DNA of 64,000 nucleotides from Minisyncoccota bacterium (GTDB taxonomy: Bacteria; Patescibacteriota; Minisyncoccia; Phycocordibacterales; UBA9973), in contig JBAYHW010000001.1 in assembly GCA_041665925.1 (NCBI GenBank), forward strand, positions 166,685-230,684. The letters run 5' to 3'. Under the pieces are notes generated by a model that saw only the letters and a program-made list of their open reading frames with translations, searched no databases and had not been told where the DNA came from. This document shows, in pieces, positions 56,550-64,000 of this stretch. Numbering within the stretch: the first letter of the stretch is position 1; every line of letters begins with the position of its first letter. The translations under genes were made by a program, and so were the position numbers.

Positions 56550-57623
56550 ATGAGTGAAAATGGGCATACTAATCATATTTCTATAAATACGGGCACGATG
56601 GTCAGAGTGGTTTTAGTGATTATTTCTGTCTTCGTCTTGTGGATTTTGCGAGATTTATTCCTTGTAGTTTTGACGGCTATTGTCGTCGCTTCTTTCATGG
56701 AGTCTGCGGTGCCACATTTTAAAAAGATAGGGGTAAACAGAGTCTTCGGCATTGTGACACTGTATGCAATTTCAATTCTTTCTTTGGCGGGTTTGTTCTA
56801 TTTATTTGCTCCACTTTTGATTACTGAAATTTATAACTTTTCTACTTTTGTATCAAATTATGTTCCAAACATTTCTTTCTTTAATTATTTCCAAAACGAA
56901 GCTTTTTCTGGAGCTAAAGATATCGTAAGCTCGCTCTCGGGGAATTTATCCCTGCCGACGTTGCTTACTGTGTCTAAAGCTTTCATTTTGAATCTTTCCG
57001 GGGGATTTTTCCAGACTCTTTCTGTAGCTTTCGGAAGTCTTTTCAATGTATTACTTATCATAATCATTTCTTTCTATCTTTCAGTGCAAGAAAAAGGGAT
57101 AGAAAATTTCTTAAGAATTATTTTGCCTATTCGTTACGAGAATTACATCGTAAATTTATGGGAACGTTCTAGTAAAAAGATTGCTCTCTGGGTTAAGGGG
57201 CAATTGGTTTTAGGGCTTATTGATTCGGTCTTGGTTTACCTTGTGCTTTCTCTGATTGGCATAGAATATGCTCTTCTGTTCGCTATTGTTGCGGGGATAA
57301 TGGGGCTTATCCCTTACGGTACATTAATCGCCCTTATTCCTGCTGTTTCTGTGTCCTACTTGTCTGGAGGTTTGTCAGATTCTTTGATGGTGGCAGGAGC
57401 CTATCTTATAATTCACCAATTTGAAGTTTTCCTATTTGCCCCTCTTCTCATTAAAAGCATAGTAGGGCTCTCGCCAATCGTTATTATCTTATCTGTAGTC
57501 ATGGGCTTTGAGCTCGGAGGAGTCTGGGGAGCGATTCTTTCTATACCAATAGCTGTGGTTTTCATGGAATTTCTAAGTGATATAGAAAAAGATAAAACTT
57601 TAGCTCGAACAAGTACTCAATAA
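56550..57623 (+). CDS. AI-2E family transporter (PerM/UPF0118)
   Basis: 8-TM topology and the characteristic C-terminal region. Confidence 0.75.
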   Translation: MSENGHTNHISINTGTMVRVVLVIISVFVLWILRDLFLVVLTAIVVASFMESAVPHFKKIGVNRVFGIVTLYAISILSLAGLFYLFAPLLITEIYNFSTFVSNYVPNISFFNYFQNEAFSGAKDIVSSLSGNLSLPTLLTVSKAFILNLSGGFFQTLSVAFGSLFNVLLIIIISFYLSVQEKGIENFLRIILPIRYENYIVNLWERSSKKIALWVKGQLVLGLIDSVLVYLVLSLIGIEYALLFAIVAGIMGLIPYGTLIALIPAVSVSYLSGGLSDSLMVAGAYLIIHQFEVFLFAPLLIKSIVGLSPIVIILSVVMGFELGGVWGAILSIPIAVVFMEFLSDIEKDKTLARTSTQ

Positions 57624-57626
57624 ATA

Positions 57627-59078
57627 ATGACTGATAAAAAACCTTTTTACATTACCACAACTCTTCCTTATGTAAATTCAGATCCACATATCGGGTTTGC
57701 TATGGAAATCATACGAGCGGATGCTATTGCTCGGGCTAAAGAGCTTCAAGGCTATGAAGTGTTTTTCAATACAGGAACAGACGAACATGGGACTAAAATT
57801 TTTGAAGCTGCAGAAAAAAGTGGCGTAGAGGTGCAGAAGTACGTAGACCAATACGCAGAAAAATTTAAAGGATTAAAAGATTTACTAAATATTTACCCAA
57901 AGGTGCATTTTATTAGAACTACAGATGTGCACCACGTTGCTGCAGCACAAGAATTCTGGAAAAGGTGCAATGATAATGGTTTTATTTATAAAAAAACTTA
58001 CCAGGCTAAGTATTGCGTAGGGTGTGAGCTAAATAAAACTGATTCTGAGTTAAACGAAGAAGGTCAATGCCCGCTTCATCCCAATAATCAAATACAACTA
58101 ATTGATGAAGAAAATTACTTCTTCAAATTCAGCGCATTTCAAAAGCCACTTTTAGAATTTTATAAAAAGAATCCGACTTTCGTTATACCGGACTTTCGTT
58201 TTAATGAAATAAAATCTTTTGTATCTTCTGGGTTGGAAGATTTTTCTATTTCTCGTCTGAAATCTAAAATGTCGTGGGGGGTGCCGGTGCCGGGGGATGA
58301 AGAACATGTGATGTACGTGTGGTTTGATGCATTGGTTAATTATATTTCGACTCTGGGCTGGCCGGAAGATATAGAAAATTTTGAAAAGTTCTGGATAAAT
58401 GGTACTCCGGTGCAATACGCCGGGAAAGATAACCTGCGCCAGCAGTCTGCAATGTGGCAAGCGATGCTTATGGCAGCGAAGCTACCCAATACTAAGCAAA
58501 TCGTCATTGATGGTTTTATAACCGGTGATGGAGGGGTAAAGATGTCTAAATCAGTAGGCAACGTCATTAGCCCCATAGAAATTGTAGAAGAATATGGAAC
58601 GGATGCACTGCGGTACTTCCTTCTTCGTGAGATTTCTTCTTTCGAAGATAGTCCTTTTACCATGGAACGCTTTAAAGAGGCTTATAATTCAGGACTTGCG
58701 AATGGTCTTGGAAATTTGTCTTCACGTATTCTTACGCTTTCAGAAAAATATTTAGAAAAATGCCCAGAAATTCCGGACGGCTTAATTCCAAGAGAAGAAT
58801 ATTTTAAATTTTTTGATAAATTTGATATTAAACAAGCAGTGGATTTCATTTGGGGTGAAATAGGTGAGCTCGATAAATTTATTCAGGAAACAGAGCCGTT
58901 TAAGGTTGTAAAAGTAGACGCAGAGAAAGGGAAAGAATTAATTGCAGGGATGGTTGTAAGATTATATAAAATAGCTCGTATGCTCAACCCTATAATGCCA
59001 GAAACCAACATTCTGCTTAAAAAACTCATCAAAGAAAATAAAAAACCCGAGAAGCCACTTTTCTTAAGAAAGGATTAA
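57627..59078 (+). CDS. metG: methionyl-tRNA synthetase (short form, no C-terminal tRNA-binding domain)
   Basis: PHIGF (HIGH-type), KMSKS, and a single CxxC...C zinc knuckle. Confidence 0.9.
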   Translation: MTDKKPFYITTTLPYVNSDPHIGFAMEIIRADAIARAKELQGYEVFFNTGTDEHGTKIFEAAEKSGVEVQKYVDQYAEKFKGLKDLLNIYPKVHFIRTTDVHHVAAAQEFWKRCNDNGFIYKKTYQAKYCVGCELNKTDSELNEEGQCPLHPNNQIQLIDEENYFFKFSAFQKPLLEFYKKNPTFVIPDFRFNEIKSFVSSGLEDFSISRLKSKMSWGVPVPGDEEHVMYVWFDALVNYISTLGWPEDIENFEKFWINGTPVQYAGKDNLRQQSAMWQAMLMAAKLPNTKQIVIDGFITGDGGVKMSKSVGNVISPIEIVEEYGTDALRYFLLREISSFEDSPFTMERFKEAYNSGLANGLGNLSSRILTLSEKYLEKCPEIPDGLIPREEYFKFFDKFDIKQAVDFIWGEIGELDKFIQETEPFKVVKVDAEKGKELIAGMVVRLYKIARMLNPIMPETNILLKKLIKENKKPEKPLFLRKD

Positions 59079-59079
59079 C

Positions 59080-59919
59080 ATGACCCCAAGATACATAGAC
59101 ATACACTCACATGTAAATTTTACAGCCTTTGATGCAGACAGAGGGGAGGTGATGAAGCGGGCAGAAGAGAACGAAACTATTGTGATAAATGTTGGCACCC
59201 AGATAGATACTTCACGTAAAGCCGTAGAGATGACGGCTCAATATGACAATTGCTATGCAATAATCGGGCTACATCCGATACATACTGGGGCGTCCTACCA
59301 CGACACCAAAGAGCTCGGAGAAGGCGGGAAAGAATTTACTTCTCGGGGAGAAATTTTCGATCAAGATGCTTATGGCGAACTTTTGAAAAATCCGAAGACT
59401 TTAGGAATAGGGGAATGCGGGCTGGATTACTACAGGTGTGACGAAGAGTCAATTTCTAAACAAAAAAAAGCGTTAATCGCACAAATAGAACTTGCAAATA
59501 AATTTAATAAACCAATAATGTTGCATCTTCGCAACAACCCAACAGATAAAACTCGCAACGCATTTTTTGATGCACTTGAATTATTGAAGGAGCACTCAAA
59601 AGTAAAAGGTGATGTGCATTTTTTTACGGGGGGAGTTGAGGAAGCAAAAGCTTTTCTAGATTTTGGTTTTACATTGTCTTTCACAGGGGTTATTACCTTT
59701 ACTCACGATTATGATGAAGTCATAAAAAATACACCGCTTAATATGATTATGACGGAGACAGACTCTCCGTACGTATCCCCGGTCCCACACAGAGGAAAAA
59801 GGAATGAACCTTCTTATGTGCGAGAAGTTGTCAAAAAAATCGCTGAAATTAAAGGATTACCCGAAGCCGAAGTGGCAGAGGCTATTATCGCGAATGCTAA
59901 GCGAGTTTTCGGGATTTAA
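59080..59919 (+). CDS. tatD: TatD-family metal-dependent DNase
   Basis: IDIHSHVNF...; conserved metG-tatD synteny. Confidence 0.85.
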   Translation: MTPRYIDIHSHVNFTAFDADRGEVMKRAEENETIVINVGTQIDTSRKAVEMTAQYDNCYAIIGLHPIHTGASYHDTKELGEGGKEFTSRGEIFDQDAYGELLKNPKTLGIGECGLDYYRCDEESISKQKKALIAQIELANKFNKPIMLHLRNNPTDKTRNAFFDALELLKEHSKVKGDVHFFTGGVEEAKAFLDFGFTLSFTGVITFTHDYDEVIKNTPLNMIMTETDSPYVSPVPHRGKRNEPSYVREVVKKIAEIKGLPEAEVAEAIIANAKRVFGI

Positions 59920-59922
59920 TCC

Positions 59923-60498
59923 TTGAAATTGCTCGGAGACTTTACTTTTCAAGGGCTTTTTGTTAGTATGGTGTTTATGCAAGATAGTGAAAATAACGCA
60001 GAAGTTAATGATAAAAATGAAATAGAGATGGAGGCAAATGAGCGAGTCTACGAACTTGGTTATTTATTGGTTCCGACTATCGCGGAAGAAGAAATCCCCG
60101 CTATTTATGGTAATTTGAAAGAGCTTATTTTGTCTTTCGGTGGAGTTGTCGTGGCTGATGAGATACCAAGGACAATGAACCTAGCATATGCGATGGTCAA
60201 GGTTGTATCTAACGTAAGAAATAAATTTAATACAGCATATTTCGGCTGGACGAAGTTTACTATGGGTTCAGATAAAGTTCTTGAATTAAAAAAGAAGCTT
60301 GACCTAGATCCACAAGTTATTAGATTTTTGATATTAAAGACAGTCAAAGAAAATACTATTGCCGCAAAACGATTTGTCCGTGGAGAAGTAGCTCATCGCC
60401 GACCTACAGTAAAGAGGAGTGACGAAGAGCCAGCAGTTCCTATCAATAAAGAAGAAGTAGATAAAGAAATTGACGCAATGGTAGCAGAAGCGTCATAA
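59923..60498 (+). CDS. rpsF: 30S ribosomal protein S6 with N- and C-terminal extensions (real start possibly ATG 59977)
   Basis: YELGYLLVPTIAEEE...RTMNLAYAMVKVV core. rpsF-ssb-rpsR synteny. Confidence 0.7.
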   Translation: MKLLGDFTFQGLFVSMVFMQDSENNAEVNDKNEIEMEANERVYELGYLLVPTIAEEEIPAIYGNLKELILSFGGVVVADEIPRTMNLAYAMVKVVSNVRNKFNTAYFGWTKFTMGSDKVLELKKKLDLDPQVIRFLILKTVKENTIAAKRFVRGEVAHRRPTVKRSDEEPAVPINKEEVDKEIDAMVAEAS

Positions 60499-60521
60499 AT
60501 TATAAAATATTCAAATAAAAC

Positions 60522-60977
60522 ATGTATTTAAACAAAGCAATTGTAATAGGAAATCTTACCCGCGACCCAGAGCTCCGCTCACTACCTTCAGGGATAAAGG
60601 TTTGCACATTTTCACTAGCCACCAATCGTGTTTGGAAAGATAAAAATGGAGCACGACAAGAATCCGCTGATTATCACAATGTCGTAGTATTTGGAAGACA
60701 AGCAGAGACAGTTGCCCAATACATGAAAAAAGGAAGCTCAATTTTAATCGAAGGAAGAATGCAGACACGAAGTTGGGATGACAAGACGAGTGGGGAGAAG
60801 AAATATCGTACCGAGATAGTTGCTGATAGAACTCAATTTGGTCCAAAGGGAAGTGGAGTATCAGGCGGAGGCACGACCAGTGCAGGCTCCAAGGCTCCAG
60901 CATCTGAAGGCGGAGGCGAAGTTGATTCTATAGAATACCCAGAAGAAGACATTAACCCAGAAGACATACCATTTTAA
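60522..60977 (+). CDS. ssb: single-stranded DNA-binding protein
   Basis: OB-fold; Gly-rich tail ending DIPF. Confidence 0.92.
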   Translation: MYLNKAIVIGNLTRDPELRSLPSGIKVCTFSLATNRVWKDKNGARQESADYHNVVVFGRQAETVAQYMKKGSSILIEGRMQTRSWDDKTSGEKKYRTEIVADRTQFGPKGSGVSGGGTTSAGSKAPASEGGGEVDSIEYPEEDINPEDIPF

Positions 60978-60988
60978 TAATAAAAATT

Positions 60989-61189
60989 ATGAAACAAGAT
61001 TATTTTTCAGCAAACAATATAAAATATATAGATTACAAGGACGTAGAAATCCTAAAGAAATTTCTAAATCCTAACGGTAAAATCGTGAGCCATAAGCGCA
61101 CTGGGGTAACCGCTAAGAATCAAAGAGCCCTAGCTTCAGCTATCAAACACGCTCGCTTCATGGGCTTGCTTCCATTCGTAGTTAAATAA
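60989..61189 (+). CDS. rpsR: 30S ribosomal protein S18
   Basis: [13 protein letters not shown]...[27 protein letters not shown]. Confidence 0.92.
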   Translation: MKQDYFSANNIKYIDYKDVEILKKFLNPNGKIVSHKRTGVTAKNQRALASAIKHARFMGLLPFVVK

Positions 61190-61196
61190 AAAATCC

Positions 61197-61275
61197 TTCA
61201 GAAACTTCGTCGCTTTACCCGCAAGCGGGCTCCGACACGAACTTAGTTTCCGAAGGATTTTTTTGTACCTAGACT
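61197..61275. terminator. long imperfect hairpin between convergent rpsR and efp (bidirectional terminator)
   Basis: AATCCTTCAGAAACT...AGTTTCCGAAGGATTTTTTT with an inner CCCGCAAGCGGG. Confidence 0.55.
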
Positions 61276-61850
61276 CGTTCGACGTAGTCGCCGGTTTCGG
61301 TGTTGACGCTTATTTTATCGCCTTCTTTTATGAACATTGGAGCTGTGAGAGTTGCTCCGTTTTCTAGAGTTATTATTTTGTTTCCACCCTTGGAAGTATC
61401 TCCACGCACAGCAGGGGGAGCGTCTTTAACTATAAATTCCATTTTTATAGGTAAGCTGAGCTTTATTATTTTCTCTTCGTCTTCGTCGTTTGTCCAGACA
61501 AGTGCAGTAACGTTGCCATTAGCTTTTAAAAATTTTGCCGCATTGCCAAGAAGGATTTCATCAAGTTTAAATCTCTTGCTTTTATCTTCCGGATCGCAGA
61601 ACCAATACTCTCCCTTATTTGCATATAAAAATGTAATATCGCGTTTCTCTATGTCTGCTTCATCTGCTGAGTCTGACACGTGGAATGTAGCAGGGAAGAC
61701 TTTTCCAGAAACAAGACTTCGGAGCTTCACTTGGTTTTGAGGTTTTCTCTGTTGGGTGCGGGCGACATGACTCTCCACCACTTCGCAGGGTTCATCATCG
61801 TGTATAATTATTTTCTTTTCACGAATTTCACTATAATCTAATTGGGACAT
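61269..61850 (-). CDS. efp: elongation factor P
   Basis: KPQNQVKLRSLVSGKVF...GDTSKGGNK; start at the internal ATG (61850). Confidence 0.85.
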   Translation of the reverse strand: MSQLDYSEIREKKIIIHDDEPCEVVESHVARTQQRKPQNQVKLRSLVSGKVFPATFHVSDSADEADIEKRDITFLYANKGEYWFCDPEDKSKRFKLDEILLGNAAKFLKANGNVTALVWTNDEDEEKIIKLSLPIKMEFIVKDAPPAVRGDTSKGGNKIITLENGATLTAPMFIKEGDKISVNTETGDYVERV

Positions 61851-61869
61851 AGGCAGTATAATAGCAGAA

Positions 61870-62940
61870 CTATGCCTCGTCTGCAAACTTCTTTCGAATT
61901 TCTTTTAATATTTGGTTTGCTATCGGCTTGTTTTCTTTTAAGAAAGTACGAGTAGAATCATAACCGACACCGAGTTTTACTTTTTCCCCGCCCGAACGAC
62001 CGTCCGGTCGGGCGGGTTTGGCTTCCCCAGCAGGTAGGTAAAAATATGAATTGCCAGATTTTTCAATAATTTTAAACTTTTCTCCGAGAGCCATTATTTC
62101 TCCTTCTTTAGATATACCTTCGTTGTAAATGATATCAAATTCAGTTTGCTTGAAAGGCGCGGCGACTTTATTTTTCACTATTTTTACTCGAGTACGTGAC
62201 CCGACGACTTCTTCACCTTTTTTGATTTGGGCAATTTTACGTATGTCTAAACGTACTGAAGTATAGAATTTCAGCGCCTTGCCTCCCGGGGTTGTTTCTG
62301 GGTTGCCGAACATTACTCCTATCTGCATTCTTATTTGGTTGATGAATATAACCACTGTTTTTGACCTAGCGACTATAGCTGTGAGCTTGCGAAGTGCTTG
62401 GGACATAAGGCGAGCTTGTTTACCTACATGGTAAGCCCCCATGTCTCCTTCTATTTCATCCTTAGGAGTTAAAGCAGCCACAGAGTCTACGACGATGACA
62501 TCAATCTTCCCAGTGCGGACCAGGCTTTCCACAATCTCGAGTGCTTGTTCACCATTGTCCGGTTGTGAAATTAGTAAGTCATTGATATTTACTCCAAGCT
62601 TTTTGGTATAGTCAGGGTCCATGGCGTGTTCCGCATCTATGTAGGCACAGACACCACCGAGCTTTTGTGCTTCAGCGACGATGTGTAGGGAAAGGGTGGT
62701 TTTACCTGAAGATTCGGGTCCAAAGATTTCAATGATTCTTCCGCGAGGGATTCCGCCTATGCCGAGAGCCATATCTAGCCCGATAGAACCAGTAGGAATT
62801 ACACTAATATTTACTTTAGGAGAGTCACCGAATTTCATTATGGAGCCCTCTCCGAATTTGGTCTGGATAGCTCGCAGGGTATCACCGAGTACTGCTTCTC
62901 CGACTGTTTTATCTTCCTTTTTTTCTTTTTTCTTTACCAT
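61870..62940 (-). CDS. recA: recombinase RecA
   Basis: Walker [11 protein letters not shown]1/L2 loops. Confidence 0.95.
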   Translation of the reverse strand: MVKKKEKKEDKTVGEAVLGDTLRAIQTKFGEGSIMKFGDSPKVNISVIPTGSIGLDMALGIGGIPRGRIIEIFGPESSGKTTLSLHIVAEAQKLGGVCAYIDAEHAMDPDYTKKLGVNINDLLISQPDNGEQALEIVESLVRTGKIDVIVVDSVAALTPKDEIEGDMGAYHVGKQARLMSQALRKLTAIVARSKTVVIFINQIRMQIGVMFGNPETTPGGKALKFYTSVRLDIRKIAQIKKGEEVVGSRTRVKIVKNKVAAPFKQTEFDIIYNEGISKEGEIMALGEKFKIIEKSGNSYFYLPAGEAKPARPDGRSGGEKVKLGVGYDSTRTFLKENKPIANQILKEIRKKFADEA

Positions 62941-62952
62941 GTTTATTATTTC

Positions 62953-63030
62953 GCGGAAAATACTTTTTATAAGGTCCTCGGTTCTCCGGGTCCCTATCCC
63001 GGCCAGACCATTCTAAAAAGTATTTTCCGC
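62953..63030. repeat. 17-bp perfect inverted repeat (GCGGAAAATACTTTTTA / TAAAAAGTATTTTCCGC) with a 44-nt structured loop, immediately upstream of recA
   Basis: Arms at 62953-62969 and 63014-63030. The loop contains CCGGGTCCCTATCCCGG. The right arm overlaps the last codons of the upstream gene. Confidence 0.7.
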
Positions 63031-63375
63031 TTCATATATTAATTTATAATTTTTTTCATCCACATAGCCAAATTTATCCTGGGCTCTGATGTTGATTATA
63101 TTATACCCTACGAGAAGGGCAATCGTCTCATTGAAGTTTCCTTGCTCATCTATTGAAATTTCCCTACCATTTAGGGTTAGATTTATTGCATTTTTGGCAT
63201 TGCCGGTTACTTTTATCACACTTTCTGTCATCGTTGCCCCATCTACTAGATTTATATCTTCAAGTTTTACTCCAAAGATTAAATCTCTCGAGACAAACAA
63301 TGCGTAAATAAAAATTAAAATAAAAAAAATTGAAAGCCCGGATATTTTTACTATTTTTTTGGAATCATGATTCAT
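63013..63375 (-). CDS. small membrane-anchored protein (probable start ATG at 63375)
   Basis: MNHDSKKIVKISGLSIFFILIFIYALFV TM helix then a beta-rich ectodomain; lies upstream of recA. Confidence 0.45.
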   Translation of the reverse strand: MNHDSKKIVKISGLSIFFILIFIYALFVSRDLIFGVKLEDINLVDGATMTESVIKVTGNAKNAINLTLNGREISIDEQGNFNETIALLVGYNIINIRAQDKFGYVDEKNYKLIYEAENTF

Positions 63376-63499
63376 CCCGTACGAAATAGGACGCGTACGC
63401 TTACGCAAGTTCCTTTGTTTCAATGTTAATAATATATTTTTGTGTGATCATTGTGTTTTATATTTATGCGTTCGCGATTTCGTACGGGATTCATCCCGT
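63369..63499. repeat. 14-bp inverted repeat (ATCCCGTACGAAAT / ATTTCGTACGGGAT) plus 12-bp direct repeat GATTCATCCCGT, spanning the ftsK-downstream intergenic region
   Basis: Arms at 63374-63387 and 63477-63490. Direct-repeat copies at 63369-63380 and 63488-63499. Internal palindromes GCGTACGC and TGATCA. Confidence 0.65.
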
Positions 63500-64000
63500 T
63501 AAATCACATTTTCACCACTTTCGGTGTGTTCAATTTTTTCTAAAACTTCTCTAGGCTTAGCTCCGTCTCCAGGGCCGATGACTCCGCGTTCTTCCAATTT
63601 GTCCATTAGTCTAGCGGCGCGAGCATAGCCTAATTTTAATTTTCTTTGTAGGTATGATGTGGATGCCTTTCCGGCTTCGATGACACAAGCACGGGCTTCT
63701 TCATACATCTCGTCATCGTCTTCCATGTCGTCGTCGTTATCTAGTGTGCTTTCGAAAATACTTTTATCAGCTGAGATTGATCCTGCAGTTAGAGCGATTT
63801 CTTCAGACACTTCATCTTTATACGCATCCGCTAAATATTTCACAACCTTTTTTACCTCTGATTCGGAAATGAATGCACTCTGGAGTCTTTCTGGTTGAGC
63901 TTCACCGGAAGAATACAGCATATCTCCGGCTCCGAGGAGCTTCTCAGCACCACCGGCGTCCAAGATTGTGCGGGAGTCTATTTGAGATGAGACCTTCAAG
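63499..64000 (-). CDS. ftsK: DNA translocase FtsK/SpoIIIE, C-terminal part (5' end beyond the window)
   Basis: Motor-domain end (GAGDMLY) and gamma winged-helix domain (EARACVIEAGKASTSYLQRKLKLGYARAARLMDKLEERGVIGP). Confidence 0.85.
   Translation of the reverse strand, partial: LKVSSQIDSRTILDAGGAEKLLGAGDMLYSSGEAQPERLQSAFISESEVKKVVKYLADAYKDEVSEEIALTAGSISADKSIFESTLDNDDDMEDDDEMYEEARACVIEAGKASTSYLQRKLKLGYARAARLMDKLEERGVIGPGDGAKPREVLEKIEHTESGENVI

Overview
The window is AT-rich (about 35% GC), compact and dominated by housekeeping genes. It most resembles a small-genome Patescibacteria/CPR-like bacterium; that is an inference from gene content and style, not a database hit.

Main gene blocks, in order:
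- An SOS module: a Cheo-type LexA box inside a -35/-10 promoter, a 66-aa ORF, then lexA.
- hup, rny, clpP, and a pyrC-carA-carB-pyrB operon.
- A uridine-kinase-like gene bracketed by a duplicated trigger-factor 3' end, next to a PPIase-less trigger factor.
- H+-pyrophosphatase and nusA.
- A giant Thr/Ser-rich surface protein followed by a type IV pilus locus (pilB, pilC, three prepilin-like genes and one large pilus-associated protein).
- tpiA-pgk, recJ, rnhA.
- A ComEC gene split into two ORFs by an antisense sodA.
- glyA, and a nucleotide-metabolism cluster (Nudix, tmk, dut).
- argS, ileS, GlyRS, metG-tatD, rpsF-ssb-rpsR, efp, recA, and the 3' end of ftsK.

The accessory, most interesting stretch is about 40.9-50.4 kb:
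- An orphan cas2-like ORF bracketed by 24-bp direct repeats, the first lying in a 36-bp perfect palindrome.
- A 1103-aa secreted beta-helix/lipase-like protein.
- A 0.9-kb GC-rich island (about 50% GC) of three tandem small Cys-rich ORFs with strong Shine-Dalgarno sites; two carry a DksA/TraR-type C4 zinc finger.
- A T-box (Ile) leader.
- An isoleucyl-tRNA synthetase carrying an in-frame insertion of about 200 aa with histidine-phosphatase (PGAM/SixA-like) motifs.
- A YfbR-like HD hydrolase translationally coupled to ileS.

No rRNA, tRNA or CRISPR array was recognised.
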